Assembly (NCBI GenBank): GCA_965197905.1
Contig: CBDAOB010000005.1
Location: 192,001 to 256,000, forward strand
Direction of reading: 5' to 3'
From: Candidatus Latescibacterota bacterium
GTDB taxonomy: Bacteria > Latescibacterota > UBA2968 > UBA8231
DNA length: 64,000 bases
Shown one piece after another: positions 41,828 through 52,207 of this stretch (the first letter of the stretch is position 1; each line of letters opens with the position of its first letter). The notes beneath the pieces are model-generated. The model worked only from the letters and a program-made list of their open reading frames with translations. It searched no databases and had not been told where the DNA came from. The position numbers and the translations under genes were made by a program.

Positions 41828-42901
41828 TCAGACGATCCGCTGCGCCTGTTCCTGCGCTTCCAGACAAAGCTGGGCTGCCATAAAGGTGTGTTCCTGGGTC
41901 ATCGCCTTTTCGGTGCCGTTGAGACAGTCGAGAATCAGCTGGCCGAAGTACGGGAATCCCACCTTGCCGGTGACCGGGAAATGCTGCTCTGACTCCCCAT
42001 TCACCAGAAAGACCTGATTGCCCTCCGGGTCGCGTGCTACGTCCAGATACTTGCGCATCTCGATATATCCTTCGGTGCCGAGAACGAAGGTGCGCCCATC
42101 TCCCCAAGCAGCAAGGCCTTCCGGCGTGAACCAGTCGACGCGGAAGTAGCAGGTTGCTCCGTTATCGGCAACGAGGTTGGCCTCGCCGAAATCCTCCAGC
42201 TCCGGATAGTCGGGGTTGTTGTAGTTCGCCACCTGACTATGCACCACACGAGCGCTTTTGGCGCCGGCGTAAGACAGGAACTGCTCCGCCTGGTGGCTGC
42301 CGATATCGCACAGGATGCCGCCGTAGTCTTCCCGTTGGAAAAACCAGGGTGGGCGGGTGTCGGCACGCAGCCTGTGGGGCCCGGTGCCGAGCACCTGAAG
42401 CACACGACCGATGGCTCCCGCCTCGATCAGCTGCCCGGCAAACACCGCCGCTTCGTTCTGCAGTCGTTCGCTGTAGCAAACCGCCCAGATCAATCCGGTG
42501 CCGGCTACCTTGTCGCGGGCATCGGCCAGCTGTTGCAGCGTCGTAAAGGGCGCCTTGTCGCTGAAGTAATGTTTCCCGTGGTCCATCACCCGCAAGCCCA
42601 ATGGGCCCCGCTGCGAGGTTACCGCCGCGCTGGCCACCAGCTGAATCGAGTTGTCATCAAATATCTCACGTTCAGACGCGGCAATCTGCGCCGTCGGAAA
42701 ACTGCGGCGGAAGGATTCGATTTTCTCCGGGTCGGGATCGTAGACCGCAACGATTTCGGCGCCCGCATCCTCCAGACCGCCACACATGCCATTGATATGC
42801 CCGTGGTCCAGCCCAATGGCAGCACAGCGAAAATCTCCGTTCGCACACACCGGTTTTGGTTTCGCGCGTGGGGCGTAGTTCATGCCATCGCTGGCGTTCA
42901 A
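41828..42901 (-). CDS. Gfo/Idh/MocA family oxidoreductase
   Basis: GLDHGHI, DKAP, YSER, GGILCDIGSHQ, RVDWFTP.GL..WGDGR. Confidence 0.9.
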   Translation of the reverse strand: MNASDGMNYAPRAKPKPVCANGDFRCAAIGLDHGHINGMCGGLEDAGAEIVAVYDPDPEKIESFRRSFPTAQIAASEREIFDDNSIQLVASAAVTSQRGPLGLRVMDHGKHYFSDKAPFTTLQQLADARDKVAGTGLIWAVCYSERLQNEAAVFAGQLIEAGAIGRVLQVLGTGPHRLRADTRPPWFFQREDYGGILCDIGSHQAEQFLSYAGAKSARVVHSQVANYNNPDYPELEDFGEANLVADNGATCYFRVDWFTPEGLAAWGDGRTFVLGTEGYIEMRKYLDVARDPEGNQVFLVNGESEQHFPVTGKVGFPYFGQLILDCLNGTEKAMTQEHTFMAAQLCLEAQEQAQRIV

Positions 42902-42944
42902 CTATCTGCCCCTCGACCATCGGGATCGGTAAGCAGCTGAGCAA

Positions 42945-44507
42945 TCAGGCAACATAAACGGCGTAGAGCCTGGCGTCCTCCGGCCGGACGCCGTTCCAAT
43001 TGACCCGTACCCGCACCGGGTGATCGAAGTGACCGATCGTGTCGCCTTGCTTCCATACAACCCGCTGTCGCAGGCCGTCCTCACTGACGAGGACACAGTC
43101 GTTTCCGGAGTAACCCGATATGGGGCGGAATTCCAGGTCGAGAAGTTCGACCCGCAGCTGGCTATACTCCCCCAGGCCGTCGACGTTCACGAACACTCCG
43201 GCATCTTCCTTGCCGGCATGCACCGGACAAGAGATGGTGTGGGGTTCCACCGGGATGTCCTTGTAGCCCTGTCCCTGAAAAATCGGTCTCGAAACGGCGG
43301 AGAAGAAACCGAGCCGGTCCCGGGGCCAGGTGGCGATGCGCACCATGCCGCGGGGGGGATACTCCCAGCTGGTGTAAAAATGCAGCGTGCGCTCGCCGAC
43401 ATTCGCCGTGGCGGCTTGCATGATCTTCGACCCGGCGCCCAGCCCGGGATTCAACAGAGGGGACTCCTCGAAGCAGGGCACGATCTTGAAGTCGGGGATC
43501 GGCTCGCGGTAATGCATCGCATCGTGGCTCACCAACAACCCCAGGTCCATGGTGGCGTAGAGGCGATCGTTGCTCTCGTTGTGGTACATGCCGTAGATGC
43601 CGAGGATCACGTTCCCGCGGTTCCACAGGGCGGCACCTTGGTGCACCTGTTCTCCCCGATGCCACTCGAAATCGGGAATCGCGCGTGGCGGAACAGGATC
43701 GCGCCGAAAGCTCGGCACCGCCGCCTGGGTCCACGTTTCGAAATCGTAACTCGCCCAGGTGATCATCTCGCGTTTGGAAGCCCCGTCCACCGGATGCGGG
43801 ATGGTCTTGTTGAACGGTCCGGGTCCGCCCTGTCCGTTGAGATACCAGCAGCCTTTGAACTTGATCGGTGGCGCGGGCTCGACGCCGTGTCCCACCACCT
43901 TTCCCTTGGTCCAGCTCACCCCATCGGCGCTGAAATGGACCCTCAAGCGCATCAACTCTCCCATGCTGATCATCTTGAACCGCTTGGATGGATCCGGGTC
44001 CTCCGGGTCGTAGGCGACGTACCAGCCATTCTCCCCATCCACATCCACAAGATTGTTCTCCTTGTTGCCGTTGTATTCCACCAAGCCCAGCTTCGGTTTT
44101 TCCCAGTTGATGCCGTCCTTGCTGGTGGCATAGGCGAGTCGTCGCGTGGGATCTACCGGATCGCCACCACCCCAGTATGGAGGCGCCGCGCCCGGGTCCT
44201 TGTTGCCGCGGGCGTAATACCATATCTGATATTCCCCCTCGACCTCCAGCACCGTCGGAAAGACGATCTCCTTGCTGTCGCAATCGTCCTCGCCACCCAC
44301 CTGCACCACCGGATCGCCCGGATGATCCGGGTCGTAGCTGGCGCCTTCGCGATAGTCGTGAGGTTTCCGGCTTCCTGGGATCAGGTTTAACAGCACGTCC
44401 TTGCGGAAAGGGAGGCTGTAGTCGTCGAACGGAAACAGGACCGCCTCTTCCACCTCGAAAGATGAGGAACTGGACTCTACGACGATGAGCGGGTGCGTGG
44501 GTGGCAT
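42945..44507 (-). CDS. Hypothetical beta-propeller glycosidase-like protein (GH32/43-like)
   Basis: YATSKDGINWEKP.LG, DPDPSKRFKM, Asp-box-like SADG..W, C-terminal VELLD..PI.GY. Confidence 0.6.
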   Translation of the reverse strand: MPPTHPLIVVESSSSSFEVEEAVLFPFDDYSLPFRKDVLLNLIPGSRKPHDYREGASYDPDHPGDPVVQVGGEDDCDSKEIVFPTVLEVEGEYQIWYYARGNKDPGAAPPYWGGGDPVDPTRRLAYATSKDGINWEKPKLGLVEYNGNKENNLVDVDGENGWYVAYDPEDPDPSKRFKMISMGELMRLRVHFSADGVSWTKGKVVGHGVEPAPPIKFKGCWYLNGQGGPGPFNKTIPHPVDGASKREMITWASYDFETWTQAAVPSFRRDPVPPRAIPDFEWHRGEQVHQGAALWNRGNVILGIYGMYHNESNDRLYATMDLGLLVSHDAMHYREPIPDFKIVPCFEESPLLNPGLGAGSKIMQAATANVGERTLHFYTSWEYPPRGMVRIATWPRDRLGFFSAVSRPIFQGQGYKDIPVEPHTISCPVHAGKEDAGVFVNVDGLGEYSQLRVELLDLEFRPISGYSGNDCVLVSEDGLRQRVVWKQGDTIGHFDHPVRVRVNWNGVRPEDARLYAVYVA

Positions 44508-44592
44508 TGGGTGGATCCTTTCTAATATCCCTTGCGAGGGAGCATACGGGCTGCGTCGACGGCTGTCATAACGGGCTCTCGCGGATCTGCAT

Positions 44593-47169
44593 TTACAGGT
44601 TTTCCACCAGATTCACTTCGCGACAAGAGAGTTGTCCACGGTTTTTCGTTAACCTCAAGCTCTTTAACCCGTAGGCGCCAATCGTGGTTTTGATCCGCTT
44701 GCGAAATCCGTGAACCCTTACACCGATTTCGGTAGCGCGTCCGTCCACCTCCTGCAGGCGGACGATCAAACCATTGCCCTTTTCGGCCTTCTTCAATGCC
44801 GTGATCTGCACGTTGCTGCGGTCGAGCTGCACCGTGTGCGCGATGTTGCGCAACGCCGCCGCCCGCTGGGTGCGGCCATCGGGATAGAACACCTGATAGT
44901 AGGGGGCTGAGTTGAACGCGGTCGCCGCCTGGGATACCTCGTGCTCTACGAATCGGCGGCCGAAGAGGAACCGGAAGCCGACCTCATGCTCGCCCTGGTC
45001 GTGTCGGGGCAGAAACCGGTGGTCACCCCAGACATCTCCCGGGGTGATACGCATGGATGCGTACGCCGGGGAGCGCAAAATGTTCAGGCAAAGATGGCTC
45101 TGGGTCAGATTGTGGGCGCAGCTTCCCGTGGTCAGCGCGGCGACATACCCATCGACGCCCCGTGCCACGACCCAGCGCTGATTCGTGTGTTCCTCGTAGC
45201 GTCGCGTCGGTTTGCGTCGAACGGCGCTGTACGGCGCTTCGGAAATCGATTCGCTTGGCGCGAATCCCAGCGGTATGTCGAGCTTCAGCATCTGGTCCTT
45301 GTGGTTGAACAGGACCCGGTCCCTGATTTCGAAGGAACCCGCCTTCTTACCGAACACGTAGTTGCGCACGATAACAGAAGGGCCGCAGACAAACATCGCT
45401 TCTACTACGGTGCAAATGGGGCCGTCTTCCACAATACGCAGCGGAAGCGCGGCGGTGGTCCGGTTTCCCAGCCACTTGTCGGTGGCCAGAGGTGAGATCT
45501 CCGCCGCTTCCTTCGCTGTGGCCAGACGAAAACGTGCCGCAGGTTTGGTCCAGGCCGGCGCCTGCGACCAGACCCCTCGGGGTTCGATGTTGTCGATCTG
45601 GTCCGGATCGCCGCAGGTCCAGCTGTGGTCTAGGTCGTTGAAGAGCACCGGGCGAAAAGCGCCGGGTTTTACGAGCGACTTTCGCGACCCGATATCTACA
45701 TGGTCCACGAGTCCGGTTTTGGGGTTGAGCTGAATCGTCAGTTTTCCGGATTGAAGACGAAGAGCGCGGCGGGTCGGCTGCGGCCGCCGCGGTTTGGGCA
45801 GCCGCTCGACGACGCGATAGCTCGCGTCGAGCCGCAGCATTTCCCACGGCGCGAGGTCGACCTGCACCGCTAGGCGAGTGCGCCACTGGCGCCCAATGTT
45901 GTTCTCGGCTTTGATCACCTGGAACGGATATCTCCTGCCGTTTCTGCGCAGGATGATTTCGCCCGCCGCGCTGAAGCTCTGGGCCAGGTTGTATTCGAAC
46001 TCGACCACCGACTTTACCCGGAAGCCGTGGGGATTGGCGATGAATACGGGGACTTCGCCTTCACCGGCTTTGGCGTCGAGCTTGAGAATCTGCAGCATGG
46101 TTTCGAGTCGGGTGCGCCGCAGCTTCTCCTGGGCATGACCCATCATCATCAGGGTGTCTTTCTCGGCGGCGGGCACACACGAACCGGGAAGTATGTCGTG
46201 GAACTCGCAGAATAGGATATCTCTCCAGGCCACATCGAGATAGGGTGCCGGGTAGGGCGCCAACCCCTGCCACCACGCCAGGGCGCAGAGGTTTTCCGTA
46301 CTTCGCATCAGGCTCTCGGCCGCGCGGTGAGCGCGTTTGACGCGGCTCATCGAGGTATAGCAACCGGGGAAGCTGTGCTCGATCTCGCCGTTGACGACGG
46401 GCAGTTTCGCCGTTCTCTTACGCACCTCGGTAAAGAATTGCTCCGGGGTGGAATGCAACCACTGGTACTCCGGATGCTCCTTCATGTAACGCTGAAGATC
46501 GACGAACTCCTCCCGCGACACCCCGCCACCGTGGTTACCCACCCCCCATAGGATCATCGTCTCCGGTTCGAGCTCGTAGTGCGGCAGCCATCTGTCGAGG
46601 ATGTCGCGAATCCCGGAGTTACTCAGATAGTGATCGTCGCTACGACGGGTGACGATTTCGGCGCCGGAGCGATCACGCCAGCGGAAGGCGCCAAGGGGTA
46701 GGTCGTGGGTGCCGTAATCGGGCCGGCAAAAGATGTAGGAGTTCATGCCGCAGCCGTTGAGGATCTGCGCGAACCCTTCCGGGTGTCCAAACGGATCGAA
46801 GTTGTACGCGGTTCGCGGCCTGGCTCCGAACTTCTCCTTGAAATAGCTCAAGCCTAGCAGGAATTGCCGAATGTGGCTCTCGCCGTGGGGATTGTTGACG
46901 TCGGGCTGCAGGTACGCGCCTCCTGAAATGTGCCAGCGACCCGCGGCAACAAGATCCCGTATGCGGTCAAACAGGGGCGGATCGTGCTGCTCGATCCAAC
47001 GGTAGAGCAAGGCTTCGTTGTGGTTGAAGACAAAACCACGATGCGACTCACAGAAATCAGCGGCGATGCGAAAGGTCGATATCGCTTCGGTCAGACCATC
47101 CTCCCAGTGCCACAGCCAGACCGGATCGAGATGAGCGTTACAAACGAGATGGATCTTCTTCTTGGGCAT
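44593..47169 (-). CDS. Alpha-mannosidase, glycoside hydrolase family 38
   Basis: NAHLDPVWLW, DPFGH, GVGNHGGG, FHDILPG, ALKKAE..LIVRL.E. Confidence 0.92.
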   Translation of the reverse strand: MPKKKIHLVCNAHLDPVWLWHWEDGLTEAISTFRIAADFCESHRGFVFNHNEALLYRWIEQHDPPLFDRIRDLVAAGRWHISGGAYLQPDVNNPHGESHIRQFLLGLSYFKEKFGARPRTAYNFDPFGHPEGFAQILNGCGMNSYIFCRPDYGTHDLPLGAFRWRDRSGAEIVTRRSDDHYLSNSGIRDILDRWLPHYELEPETMILWGVGNHGGGVSREEFVDLQRYMKEHPEYQWLHSTPEQFFTEVRKRTAKLPVVNGEIEHSFPGCYTSMSRVKRAHRAAESLMRSTENLCALAWWQGLAPYPAPYLDVAWRDILFCEFHDILPGSCVPAAEKDTLMMMGHAQEKLRRTRLETMLQILKLDAKAGEGEVPVFIANPHGFRVKSVVEFEYNLAQSFSAAGEIILRRNGRRYPFQVIKAENNIGRQWRTRLAVQVDLAPWEMLRLDASYRVVERLPKPRRPQPTRRALRLQSGKLTIQLNPKTGLVDHVDIGSRKSLVKPGAFRPVLFNDLDHSWTCGDPDQIDNIEPRGVWSQAPAWTKPAARFRLATAKEAAEISPLATDKWLGNRTTAALPLRIVEDGPICTVVEAMFVCGPSVIVRNYVFGKKAGSFEIRDRVLFNHKDQMLKLDIPLGFAPSESISEAPYSAVRRKPTRRYEEHTNQRWVVARGVDGYVAALTTGSCAHNLTQSHLCLNILRSPAYASMRITPGDVWGDHRFLPRHDQGEHEVGFRFLFGRRFVEHEVSQAATAFNSAPYYQVFYPDGRTQRAAALRNIAHTVQLDRSNVQITALKKAEKGNGLIVRLQEVDGRATEIGVRVHGFRKRIKTTIGAYGLKSLRLTKNRGQLSCREVNLVENL

Positions 47170-47295
47170 GACTTTTCGTTGCGGTTGGGGTGAGACGAGA
47201 GTTGGCGGCACCTATAGTACGCGGGCCGCGACCCGGCTGCAAGCGGCGGTATTTACTTGAAAAAAGCGTCCAAACCGCATTCAATTATAGAGTCA

Positions 47296-47321
47296 GCTAT
47301 AGCGACAGCTGTCGCTATAGC
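47296..47321. repeat. Perfect 26-bp palindrome in a divergent promoter region
   Basis: GCTATAGCGACAGCTGTCGCTATAGC equals its own reverse complement. Confidence 0.9.
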
Positions 47322-47369
47322 CGGGATTACACAGGGCTCAAATTATTTGGTCTGAGGCCGACGAAAATT

Positions 47370-50300
47370 ATGATGCGTACTGTTGCGACATTGCTGCTGA
47401 TCCTCGCGGTCTCCAGCTCGGGGGTCAGTGCCTCCGACCTGTTCGAGATCGGGTCTGCCGAAACGGTTGCCGGAGGCGGGACCGGCACCGGCGGGCCCGC
47501 CCGGGCGGCGAGCCTTCTGCCGCTGGGCGTGGCGGCTGGTCCAGGCGACGAAGCCGATCGTCTCTACATCGCCGATTCCGGGAACGGGCGTATTCGCAGA
47601 TTGGACGCCGACGGCCGAATGCACACGGTTGCCGGCAACGGCTCGACCTTTCCTCTCGACGCAGGTGGGCCGGCGCTGGACACGGCACTCTTGATGCCGG
47701 TAGAGGTGAAGATCGATCACCGCGGCCGCTTGCTGATCGCCGACGGCGAGGCCAATCGGATATTCCGCATGGGCGAGGATGGTTTCCTGTCGGTGGTAGC
47801 CGGGAACGGATCGCGAGGCGCGGCCCAGGATGGCAGCCTCGCCGACGCAGCCGAACTGGGCCGGCCACTCGGCTTCGTGCCGGATGGCTCCGGCGGCGTG
47901 TTTATCTCGGACACCGAGAACCATCGGCTGCTGCATGCGGATCGAGAGGGGATTCTGCGGGTGCTGGCTTCGGGGTTCGTGCGTCCCGCACGTCTTTTCC
48001 TGGATGCGGACGGCGCGCTGCTGGTGGCCGAAGCGGGCCGCAACGAGATCAAACGCCTCACCGTCGATCGCCTGGTAGAACCGCCCCGCGAACGTGTAAC
48101 TGTTCCGCAAGGTTACGTGGTTCGCACTCTTGCCGCGCTGCCGGTTCCCAAGCTACTCGAAGTGGTATATCATCGGGATGAGGGGCGCATATACATCACC
48201 CATGCCCGCGGCATCGAATGGATGCAGGACGGGGGTCGGCGCAACGCGTTTGCAGAATTCCTTGTCCCCAGATACAGCAGCACGTCTGCCAGGTCCGGTC
48301 TGATTGTGGGCACCGCTTCCTTCATCGATTGGCCGCAACCGCTGACCAACATTCGCCCGGACGGGGAATTGAATCCGTTGTATCTGCCGGTGCCTCTGTC
48401 CTTTGCCGGCGCCGACGCGATCACCCGAGGGCAAGGAGGCAACCTCGGGAACGATCTTTTCGTCCACCACGTCCGCGGCGAGGTTACCAGGGTCGCCGAG
48501 AACGAGATCGCGGCGTGGCCCTTTGCGCTGATCGAGCCGGGGACCGCAAAGATCCAGGCAATACCAGACGGCAGTCTCTACGCCGTTCTGAGCCGATCCC
48601 GGAGCCTGTGGAGGCTGACCGATCAGGATGGCGACGGCGAGATTCTGGGGCGAGAGGCACGGGTAGTAGCCGCGTTCGACCGTGAACCGGTGGCGCTGGC
48701 TTACGACAACGGACTCTTTGCCGCCACCGGGGACGGCCGCATCTACCAGATCACCGAAGGTGGAGAGATCTCCCTCTTCGCCTCGGGGTTTGCGGAGGCA
48801 GTCATCGATATCAGTCCGGCCCCGGGCGGTGGGCTGCTGGTTCTGGAGGGTGACGCCCTTGCCGGCCGCCTGCTGCTCCTCTCTCCCCCGCAGCCGGTGG
48901 TGGCGAGCTGGCCCAGCCAGGTCGATTACGGCCGCGTTCAACTCGGGAATCCCGTCGCCGCCTCCCTCATCCTTCGCAACGAGGGAGACCGCGGTGTGGA
49001 GTTGACGGCTAGTCCAGGTCCTGGAGTGCACGTTGGTTCCGAGCGTATCGTGCTTGCCGCGGGGGAACACCGCTCCGTCACCGCCGAGCTTGCGCCCTGG
49101 ATCAAAGGGCCCAACGCCAGCTACCTGGAATTCTCCGACGGCGAGGGCCAGCTGTTGCTATCGGTGCCACTGCTCGCCGAGGGCATCGCCCCGCGCTTGA
49201 GGGTGACCCCCCGCGTCGACTTCGGCACGGTTCTCCTGGGATCCAGAGTGCGACGATCCCTGGTGCTGCACAACGATGGCGAAGCGGGACTGCTCGTACG
49301 GCTGCAGCTGGCACCCGACCACGGTTTCCAGACCGGTGCCGCCGAGTACCCCGAGATTCCTCCTGGATCCTCTCTGACCGTCGACATCAGCTGGTTGCCC
49401 GAGCAGCGTCGCGCACCCACCGGTCAGCTACTGATCTCGAGCAACGATCCGGATCATCCCACCAGGACAGTCGAGCTCTCCGGCTTCGGTGGGATTCCAC
49501 AGCTCCGGGGACTCCCTGAATCGATTCAACTCGGTGCGGTTAAGGTCGGGGAGACCGAGCGCCAGAAACTGGAGTTGAAGAACGAAGGCGAGATGGATCT
49601 GTGGATCACCCAGATCCTGACCGGGGAGCGCGAGCTGAGGGTATCCCCGAGTCATCTGCAGATACCGCCGGGTGAAACCCGGTTGTTAGAGCTCACCTAT
49701 CGGCCCCGCGCTCACGGTGCGCTGGCGGGTGAGTTCTTTCTGCGCACCACCGACCCGAAGCATCGCGAGGTTCGCGTCGATTACGCCGGGCGGGGGTTGA
49801 GCTCCTTCCTGGCGTTGCCGGCAGGACCTCTGCTGTTCGCCGCCACGGCGTTGGGCCAGGTCAGCGAGCTTTCGTTCCCAATATCCAATGAGAGTTCCGC
49901 AGCCATCGCGATCCGGCAGGTCCAGACCAACAGCACTCAGTACCGGGTCACCGGTTTTCCGTCACGTCTTGAACCGGGAGCCGCTGGGTCGGTCGATGTC
50001 GAGTTTCGACCCGTGCGCCTGGGAGATGTCAGCGGGGAATTGACCCTGACTACGGAAGGTGCCGCCACCGAAAACCTGCGTATCGATCTGCAGGGCCGCA
50101 GTCATCCCGGTTCGCAACTCTTCCTCGAATGGGAGGGACCGTCGGTGGCTCCTGGATCCGAGTTCGAGGTAGTTTTGACCCTCGCCCATGCGTATCGGCT
50201 GGTGGGCATGGTGATCGAGCTCTCCTTGCCTCTCGAGCAGGTAGAGTTTCTAGGGGTGCGGTGGCCACGCAACGGACTCTTCGGAGACGAGGAACCGCCA

Positions 50301-51011
50301 CTGGTGATTCACCAGCAGACAGGACCCGACCGGGTCGAGTTCGGATTCTCCCAGACCGGCGTATCAGCCTTCGACGGAGTCAGCGGCGGTGGCGAGCTGG
50401 GGCGCCTGCGATTTCGGCTGCGCCCGGGCGCGCATGGAAAAATCGAGATTCGGGTCCCAAGGGCCGTCTACCGCTCGTCACAGGGCCGCGCCGACGATCT
50501 GCCCCAGGACGCCCGCGTCTCCGTGCCCGTGTTGCGGACCGGCGATTTCGATGCGGACGGCCGCGTGGATTTCGATGACTTCCTGGTGCTGATGGACAAC
50601 CTGGGCACCGACTCGTTGCCAGGGATACAGATCTACGACCTGAACGGTGACGGACAGGTATCGTTGGACGACGTCTTCGTACTCTTCGCCAACATGGAAT
50701 CGGCCGCCAAGGCGCTGGCGCGGGAACAGTTGCCGCTGAGCTTCGGTCTGAACGCCTATCCCAATCCATTCAATGCCGAACTCGCGCTCGAGTATCGGCT
50801 GCCGGGTGAACAACAGGTTCAGCTGGTGATCTTCAACACCCTCGGCCAGCGAGTCCGTCACCTGGAATCGGGGCGGCGGCAGCGCGGCATTCACCAGGTC
50901 ACCTGGGACGGCCGTGACGACTCGGGACGGGAGGTAACCTCCGGTCTTTACATCGCCACCCTCCGCGGCACCCGGGAACGCATCAGCAGGCGGCTGCTTC
51001 TCGTTCGCTGA
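47370..51011 (+). CDS. Large secreted modular protein: NHL-type propellers, tandem Ig-like (choice-of-anchor D-type) domains, cohesin-like domain, EF-hand/dockerin-like pair, FlgD-Ig C-terminal domain
   Basis: Signal peptide; YIADSGNGRIR, TVAGNG; repeated DFG.V..L.N.G...L..SNDP; GDFDADGRVDFDDF and YDLNGDGQV; YPNPFN..WDGRDDSG..SGLY. Confidence 0.8.
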   Translation: MMRTVATLLLILAVSSSGVSASDLFEIGSAETVAGGGTGTGGPARAASLLPLGVAAGPGDEADRLYIADSGNGRIRRLDADGRMHTVAGNGSTFPLDAGGPALDTALLMPVEVKIDHRGRLLIADGEANRIFRMGEDGFLSVVAGNGSRGAAQDGSLADAAELGRPLGFVPDGSGGVFISDTENHRLLHADREGILRVLASGFVRPARLFLDADGALLVAEAGRNEIKRLTVDRLVEPPRERVTVPQGYVVRTLAALPVPKLLEVVYHRDEGRIYITHARGIEWMQDGGRRNAFAEFLVPRYSSTSARSGLIVGTASFIDWPQPLTNIRPDGELNPLYLPVPLSFAGADAITRGQGGNLGNDLFVHHVRGEVTRVAENEIAAWPFALIEPGTAKIQAIPDGSLYAVLSRSRSLWRLTDQDGDGEILGREARVVAAFDREPVALAYDNGLFAATGDGRIYQITEGGEISLFASGFAEAVIDISPAPGGGLLVLEGDALAGRLLLLSPPQPVVASWPSQVDYGRVQLGNPVAASLILRNEGDRGVELTASPGPGVHVGSERIVLAAGEHRSVTAELAPWIKGPNASYLEFSDGEGQLLLSVPLLAEGIAPRLRVTPRVDFGTVLLGSRVRRSLVLHNDGEAGLLVRLQLAPDHGFQTGAAEYPEIPPGSSLTVDISWLPEQRRAPTGQLLISSNDPDHPTRTVELSGFGGIPQLRGLPESIQLGAVKVGETERQKLELKNEGEMDLWITQILTGERELRVSPSHLQIPPGETRLLELTYRPRAHGALAGEFFLRTTDPKHREVRVDYAGRGLSSFLALPAGPLLFAATALGQVSELSFPISNESSAAIAIRQVQTNSTQYRVTGFPSRLEPGAAGSVDVEFRPVRLGDVSGELTLTTEGAATENLRIDLQGRSHPGSQLFLEWEGPSVAPGSEFEVVLTLAHAYRLVGMVIELSLPLEQVEFLGVRWPRNGLFGDEEPPLVIHQQTGPDRVEFGFSQTGVSAFDGVSGGGELGRLRFRLRPGAHGKIEIRVPRAVYRSSQGRADDLPQDARVSVPVLRTGDFDADGRVDFDDFLVLMDNLGTDSLPGIQIYDLNGDGQVSLDDVFVLFANMESAAKALAREQLPLSFGLNAYPNPFNAELALEYRLPGEQQVQLVIFNTLGQRVRHLESGRRQRGIHQVTWDGRDDSGREVTSGLYIATLRGTRERISRRLLLVR

Positions 51012-51017
51012 CGGCGC

Positions 51018-52175
51018 ATGCTTCGCACCATACCTATTCTGCTGCTGAGCGGACTCTGGTACACAGCCTGCAGTCCGGGGGGTTCCACCATCCAGACGGA
51101 ACACCTCGCGCCAGGTGTAGATCACCACGAGATCCATCTGCTCGCCGGCCCGTGGTGGATTCATGTCATCGAAGTCGACCTGAAACGGGCACTGCGCGAG
51201 GGCATTCGCCTGGAGACGGCAAAAGCCGATTATCGGCACGGCGGCTTTCAACGGACCAGCAGCATGGCCGCAGCGGCAATTGCCGCGGTCAACGGCGACT
51301 ACTTCTATCAGCGGGGCCGGCCGCTCGGGTTGCAGATACGCCGGGGGGAGCTGCTGCAGGAGCCCCACCGCTTTTCATCGGCCCTGGCCTTGAGTGCCGC
51401 CGGTGAACCCCTGGTTGCCGTGTTCAAGCTGCGGGCAGGTCTGATAACACCTCGCGGCCAGGTCGTCACTATTTCCGGATTGAACCGCGAGCCAGCCGCT
51501 GACGGATTGACCCTTTACAATCGTTTCGGCAAGGCGTGGCAAGATTCGGTGCGGGCCGAGCTCGGTTTCCAGATGCAGCAGACCGGATCCGGGTCACCTA
51601 TCAACGATACCCTGTCGCTGCGGGTTACCCAGGTGCGCAGGAAGGGCTGGCCCCTCCGACTGGAATCCGGGCAATGGTTGCTCGCCGCCGGCGCCGATCA
51701 CGGCATCGGCGAAATCATGGCTCCCGGAGATACCATCCAATTGTTCTGCAACCTGCCTCCCGCCGACGAGAGATTGGGCGAAGCGATCGGTGGAGGTCCG
51801 AGAATCATTCGCGATGGTTCGGTCTCCATCGAATACGTCGCCGAACATCTGGATCAAACCTTCGCAACGGCGCGGCATCCGCGGACCGCCGTCGCCTACT
51901 CCAGGTTGGGGCGCACCCTGTTTCTGGTGACCGTCGACGGACGTCAGCCCGGGTACAGCGTGGGAATGAGTCTGGAAGAGCTGGCTGATTTCCTGCGCCA
52001 TCGGCTAGCCGAGTTCACCAGCTCCCGATCGAACGCACACCAGGCTTTAAATCTCGACGGAGGGGGTGCGACGACGGTGGTCGTCAACGGGCAGGTGGCG
52101 AATCGACCCTCCGATCCTACCGGAGAACGTCCCGTAGCCAACGCACTGCTTATCGTCCGCGAATCGGAACTATGA
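51018..52175 (+). CDS. Phosphodiester glycosidase (NAGPA-like) family lipoprotein
   Basis: AVNGDYF, GGGP, RHPRTA, VDGRQ..S.G, NLDGGG. Confidence 0.88.
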   Translation: MLRTIPILLLSGLWYTACSPGGSTIQTEHLAPGVDHHEIHLLAGPWWIHVIEVDLKRALREGIRLETAKADYRHGGFQRTSSMAAAAIAAVNGDYFYQRGRPLGLQIRRGELLQEPHRFSSALALSAAGEPLVAVFKLRAGLITPRGQVVTISGLNREPAADGLTLYNRFGKAWQDSVRAELGFQMQQTGSGSPINDTLSLRVTQVRRKGWPLRLESGQWLLAAGADHGIGEIMAPGDTIQLFCNLPPADERLGEAIGGGPRIIRDGSVSIEYVAEHLDQTFATARHPRTAVAYSRLGRTLFLVTVDGRQPGYSVGMSLEELADFLRHRLAEFTSSRSNAHQALNLDGGGATTVVVNGQVANRPSDPTGERPVANALLIVRESEL

Positions 52176-52207
52176 AGAAACGCCCCACTTGATTCTGCGA
52201 CAGCTGA

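Noticed and set aside
30779..44390. Long plus-strand ORFs (30779..32161, 34738..36471, 37708..39462, 43020..44390)
   Set aside because: Antisense shadows of well-supported minus-strand genes in GC-rich DNA; no recognisable motifs.
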